From Camelus dromedarius (taxonomy: Eukaryota): a DNA stretch of 64,000 nucleotides. The notes under the pieces are model-generated. The model ran no database searches, was not told where the DNA came from, and worked only from the letters and a program-made list of their open reading frames with translations. Position numbers and translations under genes: made by a program. The stretch spans positions 42,720,001 through 42,784,000 of the forward strand of contig NC_087437.1 in the NCBI RefSeq assembly GCF_036321535.1, in the 5' to 3' direction. Shown in pieces: positions 63,645 to 64,000 of this stretch (positions within the stretch are counted from its first letter, which is position 1; each line of letters starts with the position of its first letter).

Positions 63645-64000
63645 ATGGCAGAAACAGCAGCTGTTCCACCCCTCCAGTCCCCATCTGTATTACCCCTTTC
63701 TAAAGTTACAGTAGTTTTAGCTACTGTTACTGAACACATTTACAGTCTCCCTTGCAGCTATGACAGCGTAACTAGGTTCCGCACATGTGATGCAACAGAA
63801 GTTATATATGTAATTTCTGGGCTTGTGCATCTAGAATACAAAGAACTTCCTCCCCTTCTCTCCTTACCTTCTTCTTGCTCCCCTTCCTCCTGAGGCTGGA
63901 GTGAGGATATGGTGGGGAGCCATCTTTGACAATGAATCCAAGGATAAAAACATAAGGATGCAAAATAAGATTTAAAAAAAAAAAGCCATAACACCCCTGA
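63645..64000 (+). mobile_element. MaLR LTR (MLT1I/J-like), cut by the window end
   Basis: catttacagtctcccttgcagcta...actaggttcc...ggctggagtgaggatatggtggggagccatctttgacaatga. Confidence 0.7.

Noticed and set aside
1..64000. Most ORFs in the six-frame track
   Set aside because: Short, low-complexity or repeat-derived, many starting at TTG/GTG, with no recognisable protein apart from SPATA16 and L1/L2 fragments.
1..64000. CRISPR arrays, rRNA/tRNA genes, operon-like or viral coding systems
   Set aside because: No repeat-spacer periodicity, no recognisable structural RNA genes and no long non-TE ORFs; the sequence is mammalian intronic and intergenic DNA.

Overview
Mammalian genomic DNA, AT-rich and dense in repeats. 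It is probably a cetartiodactyl and most likely a camelid, judged from the L1 3' UTR type and the apparent absence of Alu, BovB, CHR and PRE-1 elements. The window holds the 5' end of SPATA16 (spermatogenesis-associated 16, a TPR protein) on the minus strand: a small CpG-rich promoter with a putative non-coding exon 1 (~48395-48545), a ~22.8 kb intron 1, and the first coding exon (25588-24958, codons 1-204). Positions 1-24957 are part of the next intron, and about 15 kb of upstream DNA lies to the right of the promoter. The rest is mostly L1, L2, L3, MIR, MaLR/ERVL LTR and DNA-transposon relics. Repeat family names are recalled by eye and boundaries are approximate unless a TSD or TIR is quoted. 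I found no convincing new biological system. The best leads are: (i) a 147-nt candidate cassette exon in intron 1 whose strong-Kozak ATG would add 49 aa in frame to SPATA16; (ii) a ~300-bp inverted duplication inside an L2 upstream of the gene; (iii) a compact CHR/E-box/GC-box promoter; (iv) an AG|GTAAGT site 571 nt past exon 2; (v) a templated-insertion-like AT-rich scar.
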